64,000 bases of DNA, taken from contig CP084167.1 of the NCBI GenBank assembly GCA_021513715.1, positions 2,496,001 to 2,560,000 on the forward strand, given 5' to 3'. The translations under genes and the position numbers were made by a program. A model generated the notes under the pieces. The model worked only from the letters and a program-made list of their open reading frames with translations. It had not been told where the DNA came from and searched no databases. Source of the DNA: Candidatus Heimdallarchaeum endolithica (GTDB taxonomy: Archaea; Asgardarchaeota; Heimdallarchaeia; Heimdallarchaeales; Heimdallarchaeaceae). This document shows positions 29,876 through 39,784 of this stretch, piece by piece; within the stretch, counting starts at the first letter, position 1, and every line of letters starts with the position of its first letter.

Positions 29876-30118
29876 ATGAAAAGAAAAAGTGTAGAAGCAA
29901 ATTTGTTAAAAAGTTTATCCATTTTAAATAAGGGGTTGAGAAAGAAAAATAAAGGAAACACATTCCAATATTTTTCTTCTCTAAATAGTATTTATTTGTA
30001 TGAGACTTTTAATTGTTTTGAACTATCTGTCAACGCCTTCTCAAATAGTAAGTTTTGTTTAACAACAAATAGTTCTTGTAATGTCAAGGTTGTAAAACGG
30101 GGGTCTGTTTATGAGTAA
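29876..30118 (+). CDS. Hypothetical protein
   Basis: AGGTGA SD; stop overlaps the start of the next gene. Confidence 0.45.
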   Translation: MKRKSVEANLLKSLSILNKGLRKKNKGNTFQYFSSLNSIYLYETFNCFELSVNAFSNSKFCLTTNSSCNVKVVKRGSVYE

Positions 30119-31235
30119 TAGTAATGATAGAGATAAAATTAAGAAAGAATTGGAAGAGTTGAAGAAAAGAAATCAAGAATTAGAGAAGATGATTAAAACA
30201 GTATTTAACAAAATAGATAAAATAAATGGTTTAAAAAAGGAAAATGAGAAAGTAGAAAACGTCACGCCTGATAAAATGAAAAAAAGAGCTGTTGAAAAAC
30301 TTCTTGAAAGAGACCTTCAGAGCTTAAAGGAGAAAAAAATTACTCAGAACCATAGAACTCATCTGTCTCCTGATCCAAAGATAGAAAGAAGAAGAGTTAG
30401 ACGAGATGAAAGAATTCATCCTTTACGAGAAGGACCTTTACCTCCTAGTGCTCCTAATCCTCCTGACGCTCCTTTGCCTCCAGAGCGCATTGATGGTCCT
30501 TCAAGAAAGCATATCTTATTATCTAAAGAAGAGATTGCTCGCGCTAGAGAAGAGATTAATCGTGCAAGAGAAGAGCTTCGACGGGAAAGGGAAAAATTAA
30601 GGCATGAAGCCAGAAGAAAAGCTTTAGAATCTGCCAAGAAATCTGATGCCAAACCTTTCATATTTTCTAAGAATATCGATTTGGATGGTTTTGGGGAAAC
30701 TATTTCAAAGTATGTTGAAAGCATTTTATCGTCTGTTTCAAGAAATATTGAAGAAACAGTAAAAAGCGCTTTTTCTCCAGATAAAGCTTCAACTATTAAA
30801 TTCTCCGGTTCCAGTTCATTCACATCAAATGAAAAAGGGCGTAAATTTTCATTTCCTTATGATTATAGACGGATACCGATAGAAGAAATAGAATCATATC
30901 TTGAAGAAATATCTGAACTTCTATCTGCAATAGGTGATAAAAATCGTTTACATATCTTAAAACTACTTGAACTTCAACCTGAGTATCAAAAAGAATTATC
31001 AGAAAAAACAGGTCTTCGAGGAGGAACTTTTAAACATCATACTGATATCCTAGCCAAAAATGGTCTTATAACCCAAGAAACAGTAAGAGGGCGATATCTT
31101 ATAACACAACTAGGGATTGAAGCTTTAAAACTCGCTGAAATATTATACACTAGAAAACAGGAACTCTACTCTTCAGAAGACTCGTTAGATGATGAAGAAG
31201 AAGATGATGATGAAATAAATATTGATATTAGTTAG
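30111..31235 (+). CDS. ArsR-type wHTH regulator with long coiled-coil/Pro-rich N-terminal extension
   Basis: LSAIGDKNRLHILKLL...GGTFKHHTDILAKNGLI...RGRYLITQLG. Confidence 0.85.
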   Translation: MSNSNDRDKIKKELEELKKRNQELEKMIKTVFNKIDKINGLKKENEKVENVTPDKMKKRAVEKLLERDLQSLKEKKITQNHRTHLSPDPKIERRRVRRDERIHPLREGPLPPSAPNPPDAPLPPERIDGPSRKHILLSKEEIARAREEINRAREELRREREKLRHEARRKALESAKKSDAKPFIFSKNIDLDGFGETISKYVESILSSVSRNIEETVKSAFSPDKASTIKFSGSSSFTSNEKGRKFSFPYDYRRIPIEEIESYLEEISELLSAIGDKNRLHILKLLELQPEYQKELSEKTGLRGGTFKHHTDILAKNGLITQETVRGRYLITQLGIEALKLAEILYTRKQELYSSEDSLDDEEEDDDEINIDIS

Positions 31236-31247
31236 GAGGAATTTAAA

Positions 31248-31910
31248 ATGATATTGAGTATTCGAAATTCTCCTATAAAAATTAAAAAGACAGTTACTCA
31301 TACCTTTAGTAATAATCATGTTAAACTAGAATTGAAGAAAGGTTCTTTACTCTTCCCTATTTTCAATGATTTTGATGATATCCAAGTAGGTTGGTTGTTT
31401 TCTGGAAAACTTTCTATTTTCGGAGATTTGATTGTTCATACAAATAATGGCGCTGCAGGAAAGATCGTTTCACAACAATACACTCACAGTATCTTTATGC
31501 CTGTAGTTCTTGAATTTTTATCCTTTAATGCTGTAAAGGAAATTAATCCATTGTCTGATTTCAGTTATTATACAAAGATAATGGATGATTTTAACAAAAA
31601 AATAGTTTTTACTAGTTTTATTAGAAAAACTTTACCTAATACCTTTATTTGGGGAGATAAGTCAGGATCTTTTTGGATGATCTCAAAAGAAAAAACATTT
31701 TTCGTTCATTTACCCGAAGTATTAGCGCGAGAAAAAGATGATAATCTGTTGTATCTAGACAAAAAGGGTTTTACTATTGTCAAAAACGGTGTTATATCCT
31801 TTGAAACATCAACATTTTTATCTGGTCAAAAAATCAGAAAATTTATCTCTGAAATGTTAGGCAGTGTAAACATCGATACTTTTCTAAGAAATTTTAACAT
31901 CACTTTTTGA
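31248..31910 (+). CDS. Hypothetical beta-rich protein
   Basis: 220-aa ORF with GGAGGA SD; T-rich tract follows. Confidence 0.7.
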   Translation: MILSIRNSPIKIKKTVTHTFSNNHVKLELKKGSLLFPIFNDFDDIQVGWLFSGKLSIFGDLIVHTNNGAAGKIVSQQYTHSIFMPVVLEFLSFNAVKEINPLSDFSYYTKIMDDFNKKIVFTSFIRKTLPNTFIWGDKSGSFWMISKEKTFFVHLPEVLAREKDDNLLYLDKKGFTIVKNGVISFETSTFLSGQKIRKFISEMLGSVNIDTFLRNFNITF

Positions 31911-31995
31911 AATTTTTCTTTTTTTTTATTTAAGTTTGAAAATTAAATACTTACACAAGAAAGGTTAATCTAAACATTTTTTTTAATGTAACTTT

Positions 31996-32430
31996 TCAAA
32001 ACATTTGTTTCAGTTTTTCTGATATTTTATCTAGTAATTGTTCGAGTTCAAGTAACTCTGTTTCTTTTCTTGCTTTTAATTGACTTTCAATGTTTTCTTT
32101 GAATTGCTTCAAATCTCTTAAGTCTGATATGTATTGCTCAACTTTCTCCTTCTTTTTTTCTACAATTTCTGGTATATCTTCAATTGATTCAACAGAAGGA
32201 AATAGTTTAAGTTCCCCTCTTTCTTTCGCTACTATTAACTTACTTATCTCATTATCTAACTTGTCAATATTATGGTTAACTGCATATATTTTTTGATTGA
32301 TTTTTATTAAAATTTCTTGAGCTCTAGCGATTATTGGGGATTGCTCTTTCTTTTTTCTTAGTAAAATAAACATTATTGAGATTAAAACTACTCCAACTAA
32401 ACATAAAATTATTATTAAACTGGTTTGCAT
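31996..32430 (-). CDS. Membrane-anchored coiled-coil protein
   Basis: N-terminal TM, RKKK stop-transfer, heptad-rich remainder. Confidence 0.7.
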   Translation of the reverse strand: MQTSLIIILCLVGVVLISIMFILLRKKKEQSPIIARAQEILIKINQKIYAVNHNIDKLDNEISKLIVAKERGELKLFPSVESIEDIPEIVEKKKEKVEQYISDLRDLKQFKENIESQLKARKETELLELEQLLDKISEKLKQMF

Positions 32431-32558
32431 AATTAAAGGAATCTATACTACTAAAAAAAACTATTGAAACTTAAATACACTTTTTAGAAATTCGTTTTAC
32501 CAAAACTATTGAAAAGTTATTTGTATAATACTAAAAAAAGGAATAGTAGTAAAAAAAG

Positions 32559-33986
32559 TTAGAGTTGTTTGTAATTAATAATCCTAACTGTTAATGGTTT
32601 CTTTGAAATATCTGCGATTCTAGCACCAATTATAAGTGAGATCCCTTTTGTATGAGCGATTTCAAGCAGTCTTTGTGTTACTACTCCATCAACAATCATT
32701 GTTTGAGCTTTTTCAATATCTTGTAGTTTATTGAAGATCTCTTTTACTGAACTTTTTAGTACAACATTATAATCTTCGTCAAAAACAACTGCTTCAAATT
32801 GTTGTTTTATATCATTTATTGCTTTTTCTAGTTGTTCAGGGAGTCTTACTCTTCTTGTTACTCGTCTAGTGTATTGTTGTCTTCCACTTTGTGAATAACT
32901 TCTTTGTTGCATAGTGCTTTGAGCGTATCCTCTTTGTTGTCTTCCACTTTGTGAATAACTTCTTTGTTGTCTTCCACTTTGTGAATAACTTCTTTGTTGA
33001 TGCTGTCCTATTTGTTCCTTTTGAGGCATGTGTCTGTGATGAACTTCTTGTTCATCTCTTTTTTTACGTTTTTTTGGTTCCTCTTTCCTCTTTGTTTTTG
33101 CTTTGAATTCTGCAACAGTAGTCCCTTTATCGCTTCCTGTTAAGAATACTGCTTGCTGTATTGGAACTGCATTTTTCAGCGCTTTATGTATCTCTGCTTC
33201 TGTGAGATCTTCTACTTCTTTCCCTAGAGGAGCTCTTGCCACATAATTTATGTTAGCAACTTGAATTAGTTCTTTTAAAATTAGATCTGCCCCTCTGTCT
33301 CCATCAAGAAAAGCAGTTACTGTTTTATTTTTTATCAACTCTAATAATTTTTTAGGTATACTTGTTCCATTTACTGCAATTGTGTTATCTATACCTACTT
33401 TCATTAGATTTATTACATCTGCCCTACCTTCTACCAAAATAACCTTGGATGATTTTTCAAATCCTGGTCCTGCGTTGAATTTCTCATCTGTTAAACGGAC
33501 TACTGAAGATTCTTTTACCTTTTTTGATGATTCTTCAACTTCTCTCTGAATTGAAGCACTAAAAGGGCTTACTTTTTCATCCCATTGTCTAATAATCTCT
33601 GCAGCTCGATTTACAATTGCTTTTCTCTTTTTTATTCTTACATCAGTTATTTCATTTAGTTTTATTTCACAATTGCAAGGTCCAACCCTGTCTACTGTCT
33701 CAAGAGTTGCTGCTAAAATTGCAGTTTCAGTCCTTGATAGACTAGAAGGGATGATAATTTCACCTGTAGTTATTCCTTCTTTACTAGATATTTTTACATC
33801 AATTCTTCCAATTTTACCAGTTTTTTGTAATTCTCTAATATCTAATTCTTCACTAAGTAAACCATCTGTTTGGCCATACAATGCACCTATAATATCTGGT
33901 TTTTCTACTATTCCCACTACTCTAAAATTTGCATGTATCTCATATTTTGTCGTTGCTGTATCGGTTTTAGCACCCATTTTCATCAT
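32559..33986 (-). CDS. dnaG: Archaeal DnaG (TOPRIM, exosome-associated)
   Basis: EKPDIIGALYGQT, ILVEGRADV, FLDGDRG, DGVVTQRL. Confidence 0.96.
   Translation of the reverse strand: MMKMGAKTDTATTKYEIHANFRVVGIVEKPDIIGALYGQTDGLLSEELDIRELQKTGKIGRIDVKISSKEGITTGEIIIPSSLSRTETAILAATLETVDRVGPCNCEIKLNEITDVRIKKRKAIVNRAAEIIRQWDEKVSPFSASIQREVEESSKKVKESSVVRLTDEKFNAGPGFEKSSKVILVEGRADVINLMKVGIDNTIAVNGTSIPKKLLELIKNKTVTAFLDGDRGADLILKELIQVANINYVARAPLGKEVEDLTEAEIHKALKNAVPIQQAVFLTGSDKGTTVAEFKAKTKRKEEPKKRKKRDEQEVHHRHMPQKEQIGQHQQRSYSQSGRQQRSYSQSGRQQRGYAQSTMQQRSYSQSGRQQYTRRVTRRVRLPEQLEKAINDIKQQFEAVVFDEDYNVVLKSSVKEIFNKLQDIEKAQTMIVDGVVTQRLLEIAHTKGISLIIGARIADISKKPLTVRIINYKQL
32874..33000 (-). repeat. 30-bp in-frame tandem repeat (about 4 units) in the dnaG linker
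   Basis: Unit cttccactttgtgaataacttctttgttg(t) at 32881, 32941 and 32971, with a diverged unit at 32911; encodes QQRSYSQSGR. Confidence 0.92.
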
Positions 33987-34399
33987 CTCGTGTATCTTTT
34001 TTCTTAAGTAAGAATGGATACAGCGTTTCCTCTAACTCTCCCTACCTACTCTCTACAATAACATTAGTCAAATTTGTTAAATCAATTTATACTACTTTAT
34101 TTATTATGAATTATGATATTGTGATGTGATCGTGATGAGTCAGAGGATAGTTCTATCCATATTATTCTTGTTATTATTTTGACTCAATATTTTTACTTAT
34201 CATGTCTGAAGTTTGTTTCTAATATTTTATCAGACTTCATGACTAATTGCACATATAATATTAAAAAACTTACCATACTGTACAAAGAGTAACAATTAAA
34301 ACTCCAAAATGTTGACATTTTAGATTTAAGAGCTATTTAATGTGTTTTTTAATTTTACAGTTAAGAAAAAACTAAAAGAATGTTCAATTACTGTAAATT

Positions 34400-35056
34400 A
34401 TGAACAAATTTACTTCTCATTTCCTTCATCTGAGTGAAGATATCTCTCTTCATTATTTAAAGTTGGGAGAATCTAAAGATGTAATTATCCTAATTCACGG
34501 CGGAGATAGAAAATTCCAAAATGCACAATATTGGACACCTCTCTTTAATGATTTGTCAAATAGTTTTACAGTTTTCGCAATTGACCTTTTAGGACACGGC
34601 AAGTCAGTTCTTGGAGGATCTCTAGTGCAAAGTCAAAGAGCATCAATTGAAATACAAGTAAAGGCGTTGAAAAAGTTTAGTGATAAAATATTATTGAACT
34701 ATGAAAAAAAGATCTGGGTGGGTCGATCCTATGGTGCAAATGTCGTTTTACACTTTGCACATAAATACCCGGAAATGGTGTCTCATTTATCTCTAATAGC
34801 TCCTGCTGTTTCTAGTCTTCTTGTTGAAAATATAAGTAATCTAGTAAAGAAAAAACCTTTAATGCTTTTTTGGGCAGAGAATGATCCAATTGTCCCCTTT
34901 TCCCATAATCATCTTTTCATTAAACATTTTACAAATTGTAAGTTAGTGGATGCAGGAGTTGTTTCATTCTCTGAAACAGAGAAATGGAAAGCTCATACTC
35001 CTGAGATTGAAAAAAAAGATTTGTTTGTCTCTAATTTTTTAGAATTTTTTCTTTAA
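34400..35056 (+). CDS. Alpha/beta hydrolase
   Basis: LIHGG, AIDLLGHGKS, GRSYG nucleophile elbow, D and H candidates. Confidence 0.9.
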   Translation: MNKFTSHFLHLSEDISLHYLKLGESKDVIILIHGGDRKFQNAQYWTPLFNDLSNSFTVFAIDLLGHGKSVLGGSLVQSQRASIEIQVKALKKFSDKILLNYEKKIWVGRSYGANVVLHFAHKYPEMVSHLSLIAPAVSSLLVENISNLVKKKPLMLFWAENDPIVPFSHNHLFIKHFTNCKLVDAGVVSFSETEKWKAHTPEIEKKDLFVSNFLEFFL

Positions 35057-35100
35057 CTCCTTTTTTACTAAAAAAAATAATAATAGGGGTTGATTGAAAA

Positions 35101-35604
35101 CTATACATATTCTATGTAGACTCCAGTACCCAATATTGATGAAACTGTTTGTACTAGTACTTCTTCTGATATTGGGAGCTTATTTTTGTATTTTTTACTA
35201 ATCTCAACTTTGTATTCTTTGTCGCTAAAAGGAGGAATATATAAAACAGTAACATTTTGCACTGGTGTAGGGTCAATTAAGCTTTCTACTAGTTTTTTTG
35301 GATCATTTGTTTTTTTCAAGAATCGTATTTTTTTAGCAGCTATACTCTCCAATTCTAGCAAAACATAGTCTGAAGATAAAGTTGGGACATCTTGGCTTCG
35401 TACAACTAGGATTACTAAATCTTCTAATTCGATTGAAGAGTAAAAGTGAATATCATTAAGTTCTTTGTGTGTTTTGGCTAGATCTACTAGTAATTTTGAG
35501 ATATCTATGTCTAAATCACTGATTTTTCCTTCTCTGTAAAGAACCTTACATTTTCTACATAGAGTATTTGTTTGAGCGTCAATACGACATATTGGAAGTT
35601 TCAT
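35101..35604 (-). CDS. Archaeal NusA paralogue with N-terminal Cys motif
   Basis: MKLPICRID...LCRKC...G.ISDLD followed by KH-like segments. Confidence 0.75.
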   Translation of the reverse strand: MKLPICRIDAQTNTLCRKCKVLYREGKISDLDIDISKLLVDLAKTHKELNDIHFYSSIELEDLVILVVRSQDVPTLSSDYVLLELESIAAKKIRFLKKTNDPKKLVESLIDPTPVQNVTVLYIPPFSDKEYKVEISKKYKNKLPISEEVLVQTVSSILGTGVYIEYV

Positions 35605-35847
35605 TCTACATCACGTATGGCAAATTATTAGTTCTAAATTTCAAGTTTTATTTAAAAAACTATTTATCATTTCAGATTTGATAAACAACTTTATATTTGT
35701 TTCAAATACATAGATTTCTGCTATATTTTGATTTTTTACTAATTTTATTGACTTAGTGTTAATTTTAACATTTACTAAAAAGTTATACAAATATAATTGA
35801 GAACTAAAGATATTAAATTAATAGAAAGAAAGAATTAAGTTTTGTTA

Positions 35848-36945
35848 CTATATTAGTCCTCTTTCCATAAGCACTCTAAATTCTTCAAGAGATAAACTCT
35901 CGCCGTTTTTATATTTTGTCAGAATAGCTTCAGCTCTTGAATCTAGAATTTCGTCTCTTATTTGTTTAGCTCTGATTTTCCTTTCTTTTCTTCGTGCTTT
36001 TAGCTCAATTCCTACTGTTTTTTGAAGTATTTTCATATCTTTTGTTATTGCATCTAGTTCTTTCTTTATTTCTTTAATCTTAGCGCTAATAGTTAATACT
36101 TCTGCGTGTAATGAGTCTGCTTCTTCTTTTGCCATTTTTGCCTCTTTTGTTGCTTCAACCATTCTCTTTTGATGGACCTGGGATTGATTAGCTAGTGTAG
36201 TAACACTTGTGTGATATGTTTTAATTTCCATTTGCATTTGGCGAAGTTTGTTTTGCATTTCTTTGATTTCACTCTTTAATTCTCTAAAAATTTCTAGTTT
36301 CTCAAGCGCTCCACTTAATGCTTCTAACTGCTTAAGAGTTTCTCTTTCTTGATCTTTATCCAGAAAAGGAGTTGTTTCTAGTTTTCTTTCAATGGCTCTT
36401 ATTTTTTCGCCTACTCTTCTATCTCTAGGAGCTCCAACATCTTTTATCTTTGAGGATAGTTCTAAAAGTCTGTTTTTGATCTTCTCTGCTTCTTCTTTCA
36501 GGATATCTCTCATTTGCTTTCTAACTTGCACTTCTTCGTTGATTTTGTCTCTTTTCTCTTTTTCACTTCTTGATTCTTGGAAAAGTCTCTTTACAAGTTC
36601 GTTTTTCTCGTCTCGTAATTTTCTCTTTTCGCTTCTCTCTTCTAAAAGTTGGTGTAACTCATTAGAAAGCATACTTCGTCTTTGTCTAAGATAGTTCAGT
36701 TTTTCCTTCTTTTCATCAAGACTGAGACCAGCAAAACGTGATTCTTCTTTTTGTTTTTGGTCTTCTTTTTGTTCTTCAGTATCTGATTTTGGGGTAGTTT
36801 GTTCTTGTTTCTGTTCTTGTACTTGTTCTTGTACTTGTTCTTGTACTTGTTCTTGCACCTGTTCTGGATTATCCTTGTTTTTCCCTGTTAATTCAGATTC
36901 ACTCTCTTCCTCTTTGATATTAATATTTTCCTCGTTCGAGCTCAT
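35848..36945 (-). CDS. Archaeal coiled-coil protein (COG1340-like)
   Basis: RDEKNELVK/RDKINEEV repeats; C-terminal KNGESLSLEEF. Confidence 0.8.
   Translation of the reverse strand: MSSNEENINIKEEESESELTGKNKDNPEQVQEQVQEQVQEQVQEQKQEQTTPKSDTEEQKEDQKQKEESRFAGLSLDEKKEKLNYLRQRRSMLSNELHQLLEERSEKRKLRDEKNELVKRLFQESRSEKEKRDKINEEVQVRKQMRDILKEEAEKIKNRLLELSSKIKDVGAPRDRRVGEKIRAIERKLETTPFLDKDQERETLKQLEALSGALEKLEIFRELKSEIKEMQNKLRQMQMEIKTYHTSVTTLANQSQVHQKRMVEATKEAKMAKEEADSLHAEVLTISAKIKEIKKELDAITKDMKILQKTVGIELKARRKERKIRAKQIRDEILDSRAEAILTKYKNGESLSLEEFRVLMERGLI
36799..36864 (-). repeat. 12-bp in-frame tandem repeat (EQVQ)
   Basis: acttgttcttgt units at 36821, 36833 and 36845, with degenerate flanking units. Confidence 0.85.
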
Positions 36946-37033
36946 TTGTCAGCACACTAGAAGTTCTAAATTCTTTTTTAGCAAAGAGTTTAACACTCTC
37001 TGCGACACAACCTTTGGATAAAGGAGATTATTA

Positions 37034-37192
37034 TTATTTCTTGTCAGATCGTCTCATACGTAGATTCTTTGATCTACATTTTCTACATTTTTTTGCAGTT
37101 ATCGGGTTAGTAGCTGAGCATTCTCTACAAACCTTTACATCCATCAGATGTGCTCGTGCTATTGCGCGATGTTCGGGATTAGTTACTGGCAT
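37034..37192 (-). CDS. rpl40e: 50S ribosomal protein L40e (not in ORF track)
   Basis: MPVTNPEHRAIARAHLMDVKVCRECSATNPITAKKCRKCRSKNLRMRRSDKK*; SD GGAG upstream. Confidence 0.93.
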   Translation of the reverse strand: MPVTNPEHRAIARAHLMDVKVCRECSATNPITAKKCRKCRSKNLRMRRSDKK

Positions 37193-37441
37193 TTTTTTAA
37201 ACTCCTATAATTCTCCTTTACGTGTCCTAATTTCTGCTCTGTGTTTGATATTAAAAAAATTTCTATCGGTGTCTTGAACTTTTGTCTAAAAGAGAATTTA
37301 CCAAACAAAATTTAGTGTAAATGTTTCTTCATCTAGAAAAAGATTTGCCATTTATGAATCTATGTTTTAGAAAGACTAAAAAGTGATGGTGTTTTGAATT
37401 ACTCAAAGCGGTTTAATAATTGTCGAATGGCGGTTATAACA

Positions 37442-38659
37442 ATGAATAAAACTATACAAGAAACGCTTAAATGGTTCGAAAATGAAATTTCTTCTGAACT
37501 TGCTAAACCCAGAAAAACTGCTTCTAAGCACCTTGATGTAATAAAAGACAGAGTAAACGATATTAAAGATACATCTGAAAGGTTTGATTATAGTGATGTT
37601 AATGATCCTGATGTTTATCAAAATTATGCAACATCTATTTATAAGAAAACTTTAGCAAAAATGAATGAAATTGAGTTTCCAGAAGTGATTACATATAAAA
37701 ATATTGAGGATTTTTATAGTAGAACTTTAAATATCCTTAATTCATATATTGAAATTTTAGCGAAATATTTGACTTGGCTTAAAAGAGACCGTTCTTATAA
37801 AACTAGAGTTAAAAACTTAGATAGAGCTATTACTAGATTACAGCAAGAATTGTATAAGCTTAACACAAAGACACTTGATGAATATTTAGAGTATGAAAAA
37901 TATGAGAGTGTAATTGACGATTTAAACTATTTACAAGAATTAGTTAACAGAAAAAAAGAGATTGAAGATGAAATTGAATCTCATAGAGATGATATTGAGC
38001 GATTAGAAAAAATGATCGCAGAAAAAGAACATGAAAAAGAAGAACTAGAAGGCCATCCTGGCTTTGCACAGCTAAAAGAAAATAAGACAAAACTTTCACA
38101 GATTGAAATTACAATCTCTTCCAAAGTTAATGAAATTAAAAAATTATGTTCGAAGATACTTAAGGCTGCTGATTCAAGAAAAGTTGAACTTGATGATTAT
38201 ATACGAGAATTGATTAAATCCATTATCAAAAATCCACTGGAAGAACTTGTTAAGGAAGCTGATGGATATCCTGGAATTAAAAGCATGTTAAAAGAAATTA
38301 GAAAAATTAGTGATTCACCAAATATTCAAATGAAAAAAGAAAAACTAGAGAAAGCTTTTAACAATATGGAAGAAATTCTGAATGACAGCTTACTTGATTT
38401 ACAAAAAGAAGCTAAATTTCTATTAAAGCAAACGCAAGCTATTGAAGAAAAATTTGCTGAATTAGAAATAGACAGGAAAATAGCCAAATTAAAACGTGAA
38501 ATTGAAGACCTAAAAATAGATAAAGATAGAATAACATTAGCCCAACGAAGAGAATTAGCTGAAATAAATAAAGAAGTGAAAAATCTTCATGAAGATTTAA
38601 TGAAACGTATAGAAGAATACACTGGAAAGCAAGTAAACATTCTTTTAAACGCCATTTAA
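37442..38659 (+). CDS. Coiled-coil hypothetical protein
   Basis: About 405 aa, E/K-rich heptads, no NTPase motif. Confidence 0.75.
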   Translation: MNKTIQETLKWFENEISSELAKPRKTASKHLDVIKDRVNDIKDTSERFDYSDVNDPDVYQNYATSIYKKTLAKMNEIEFPEVITYKNIEDFYSRTLNILNSYIEILAKYLTWLKRDRSYKTRVKNLDRAITRLQQELYKLNTKTLDEYLEYEKYESVIDDLNYLQELVNRKKEIEDEIESHRDDIERLEKMIAEKEHEKEELEGHPGFAQLKENKTKLSQIEITISSKVNEIKKLCSKILKAADSRKVELDDYIRELIKSIIKNPLEELVKEADGYPGIKSMLKEIRKISDSPNIQMKKEKLEKAFNNMEEILNDSLLDLQKEAKFLLKQTQAIEEKFAELEIDRKIAKLKREIEDLKIDKDRITLAQRRELAEINKEVKNLHEDLMKRIEEYTGKQVNILLNAI

Positions 38660-38825
38660 TTCTGTTTTTTTCTTTTTTTATAAAAAAAGTATCTTGCAAT
38701 TACCAACACAATTTTTAAATGATATAACTAAATGATATACGATAGTAAACATAGAACAACATTTAATATGTTTAACGTCATTTAGCATATTAAGGATATG
38801 TAAATGTATTTGAGGAGAATCAACT

Positions 38826-39128
38826 ATGATTTCACAAAAACAATTTGAAGAAACTCTGAAAAAGTTGGAAAGCCATCCTAGTGTGAGGGGAGTTATTATA
38901 ACAAGTAATGATGGTTTACCTATCTCTAGTACAAAAAATCTTTCAGTAGAAATGCGAGAAAATGTTTCAGCATTAGTAGCTTCCTTAGTCGGAAGGGCTA
39001 AAGCTGTTGTTAGTGAACTAGAAGAAGGAGACTTGAATTTCTTTACTTTAGATACAACGAAGGGTGAGATTCTTGTCGCTCCAGAACAAGATTATGTGTT
39101 AATCGTTTTACGAAATAAGCAAAAATAG
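38826..39128 (+). CDS. Roadblock/LC7 protein
   Basis: [16 protein letters not shown]...VSALVASL...GEILVAP..DYVLIVL. Confidence 0.92.
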   Translation: MISQKQFEETLKKLESHPSVRGVIITSNDGLPISSTKNLSVEMRENVSALVASLVGRAKAVVSELEEGDLNFFTLDTTKGEILVAPEQDYVLIVLRNKQK

Positions 39129-39196
39129 AGTCACCATTAGTAGAAATTATATATAAAAGAAATAGGTTTCATTAAACAACGGAAGAGAGAGTTAGA

Positions 39197-39763
39197 ATGA
39201 GAAAAGATGCCTCAGGAAAGCAACACTTTAAGATAGTGTTTGTTGGACCTAGTTTAGCTGGAAAAACAACTTTACTTAGAAGACTGCATTCTGATGTTAC
39301 TGGCATAAAGAAGGGGGGATTAAATAGTATTGAAGACCCTTCTGGAAGAACAATATATTTTGATTTTTCTCCCTTTATGGCAACATCAAATGTTATTTTA
39401 GATATTTATACAGTAGCAGGACAAAAAAGGCATAGACATCAAAGAGCGTTGGTTTTGAAGGGTGTCGATGGTCTCTTATTTGTTGCTGACTCTTCAAGGG
39501 CAATGTTAGCCGATAATGTAGAGTCAGCTGAAGAATTAAAAAAAGAACTTGGAGATAAATTAAACAAAGAGATTCCTTTAGTTATTGTTCTAAACAAACG
39601 TGACTTACCTGATGCAATGGACAAACGAGAGTTAATTGATGCTCTAAATCTTGGAACAAATCTACCAGTCTATGAAACAATTGCAACAGAAGGTATCGGT
39701 GTTAAACGCGCTTTTCAGTCTCTAGCTAGAGAAGTATTATTGAAACAAGTTTATAATATGTAG
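39197..39763 (+). CDS. Small Ras-superfamily GTPase, MglA-like
   Basis: GPSLAGKTT, RTIYFDF, YTVAGQ, NKRD, ETIATEG; directly downstream of a roadblock gene. Confidence 0.92.
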   Translation: MRKDASGKQHFKIVFVGPSLAGKTTLLRRLHSDVTGIKKGGLNSIEDPSGRTIYFDFSPFMATSNVILDIYTVAGQKRHRHQRALVLKGVDGLLFVADSSRAMLADNVESAEELKKELGDKLNKEIPLVIVLNKRDLPDAMDKRELIDALNLGTNLPVYETIATEGIGVKRAFQSLAREVLLKQVYNM

Positions 39764-39784
39764 AAGCAATTGTTTCATAATAAG

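Noticed and set aside
32874-33000. 30-bp repeats as a CRISPR array
   Set aside because: Contiguous in-frame units inside dnaG with no unique spacers and no cas genes.
37034-37192. Ubiquitin-L40 fusion
   Set aside because: L40e starts at its own SD and ATG; no ubiquitin-like frame upstream.
37014-37277. 87-aa plus-strand ORF
   Set aside because: Antisense shadow of rpl40e.
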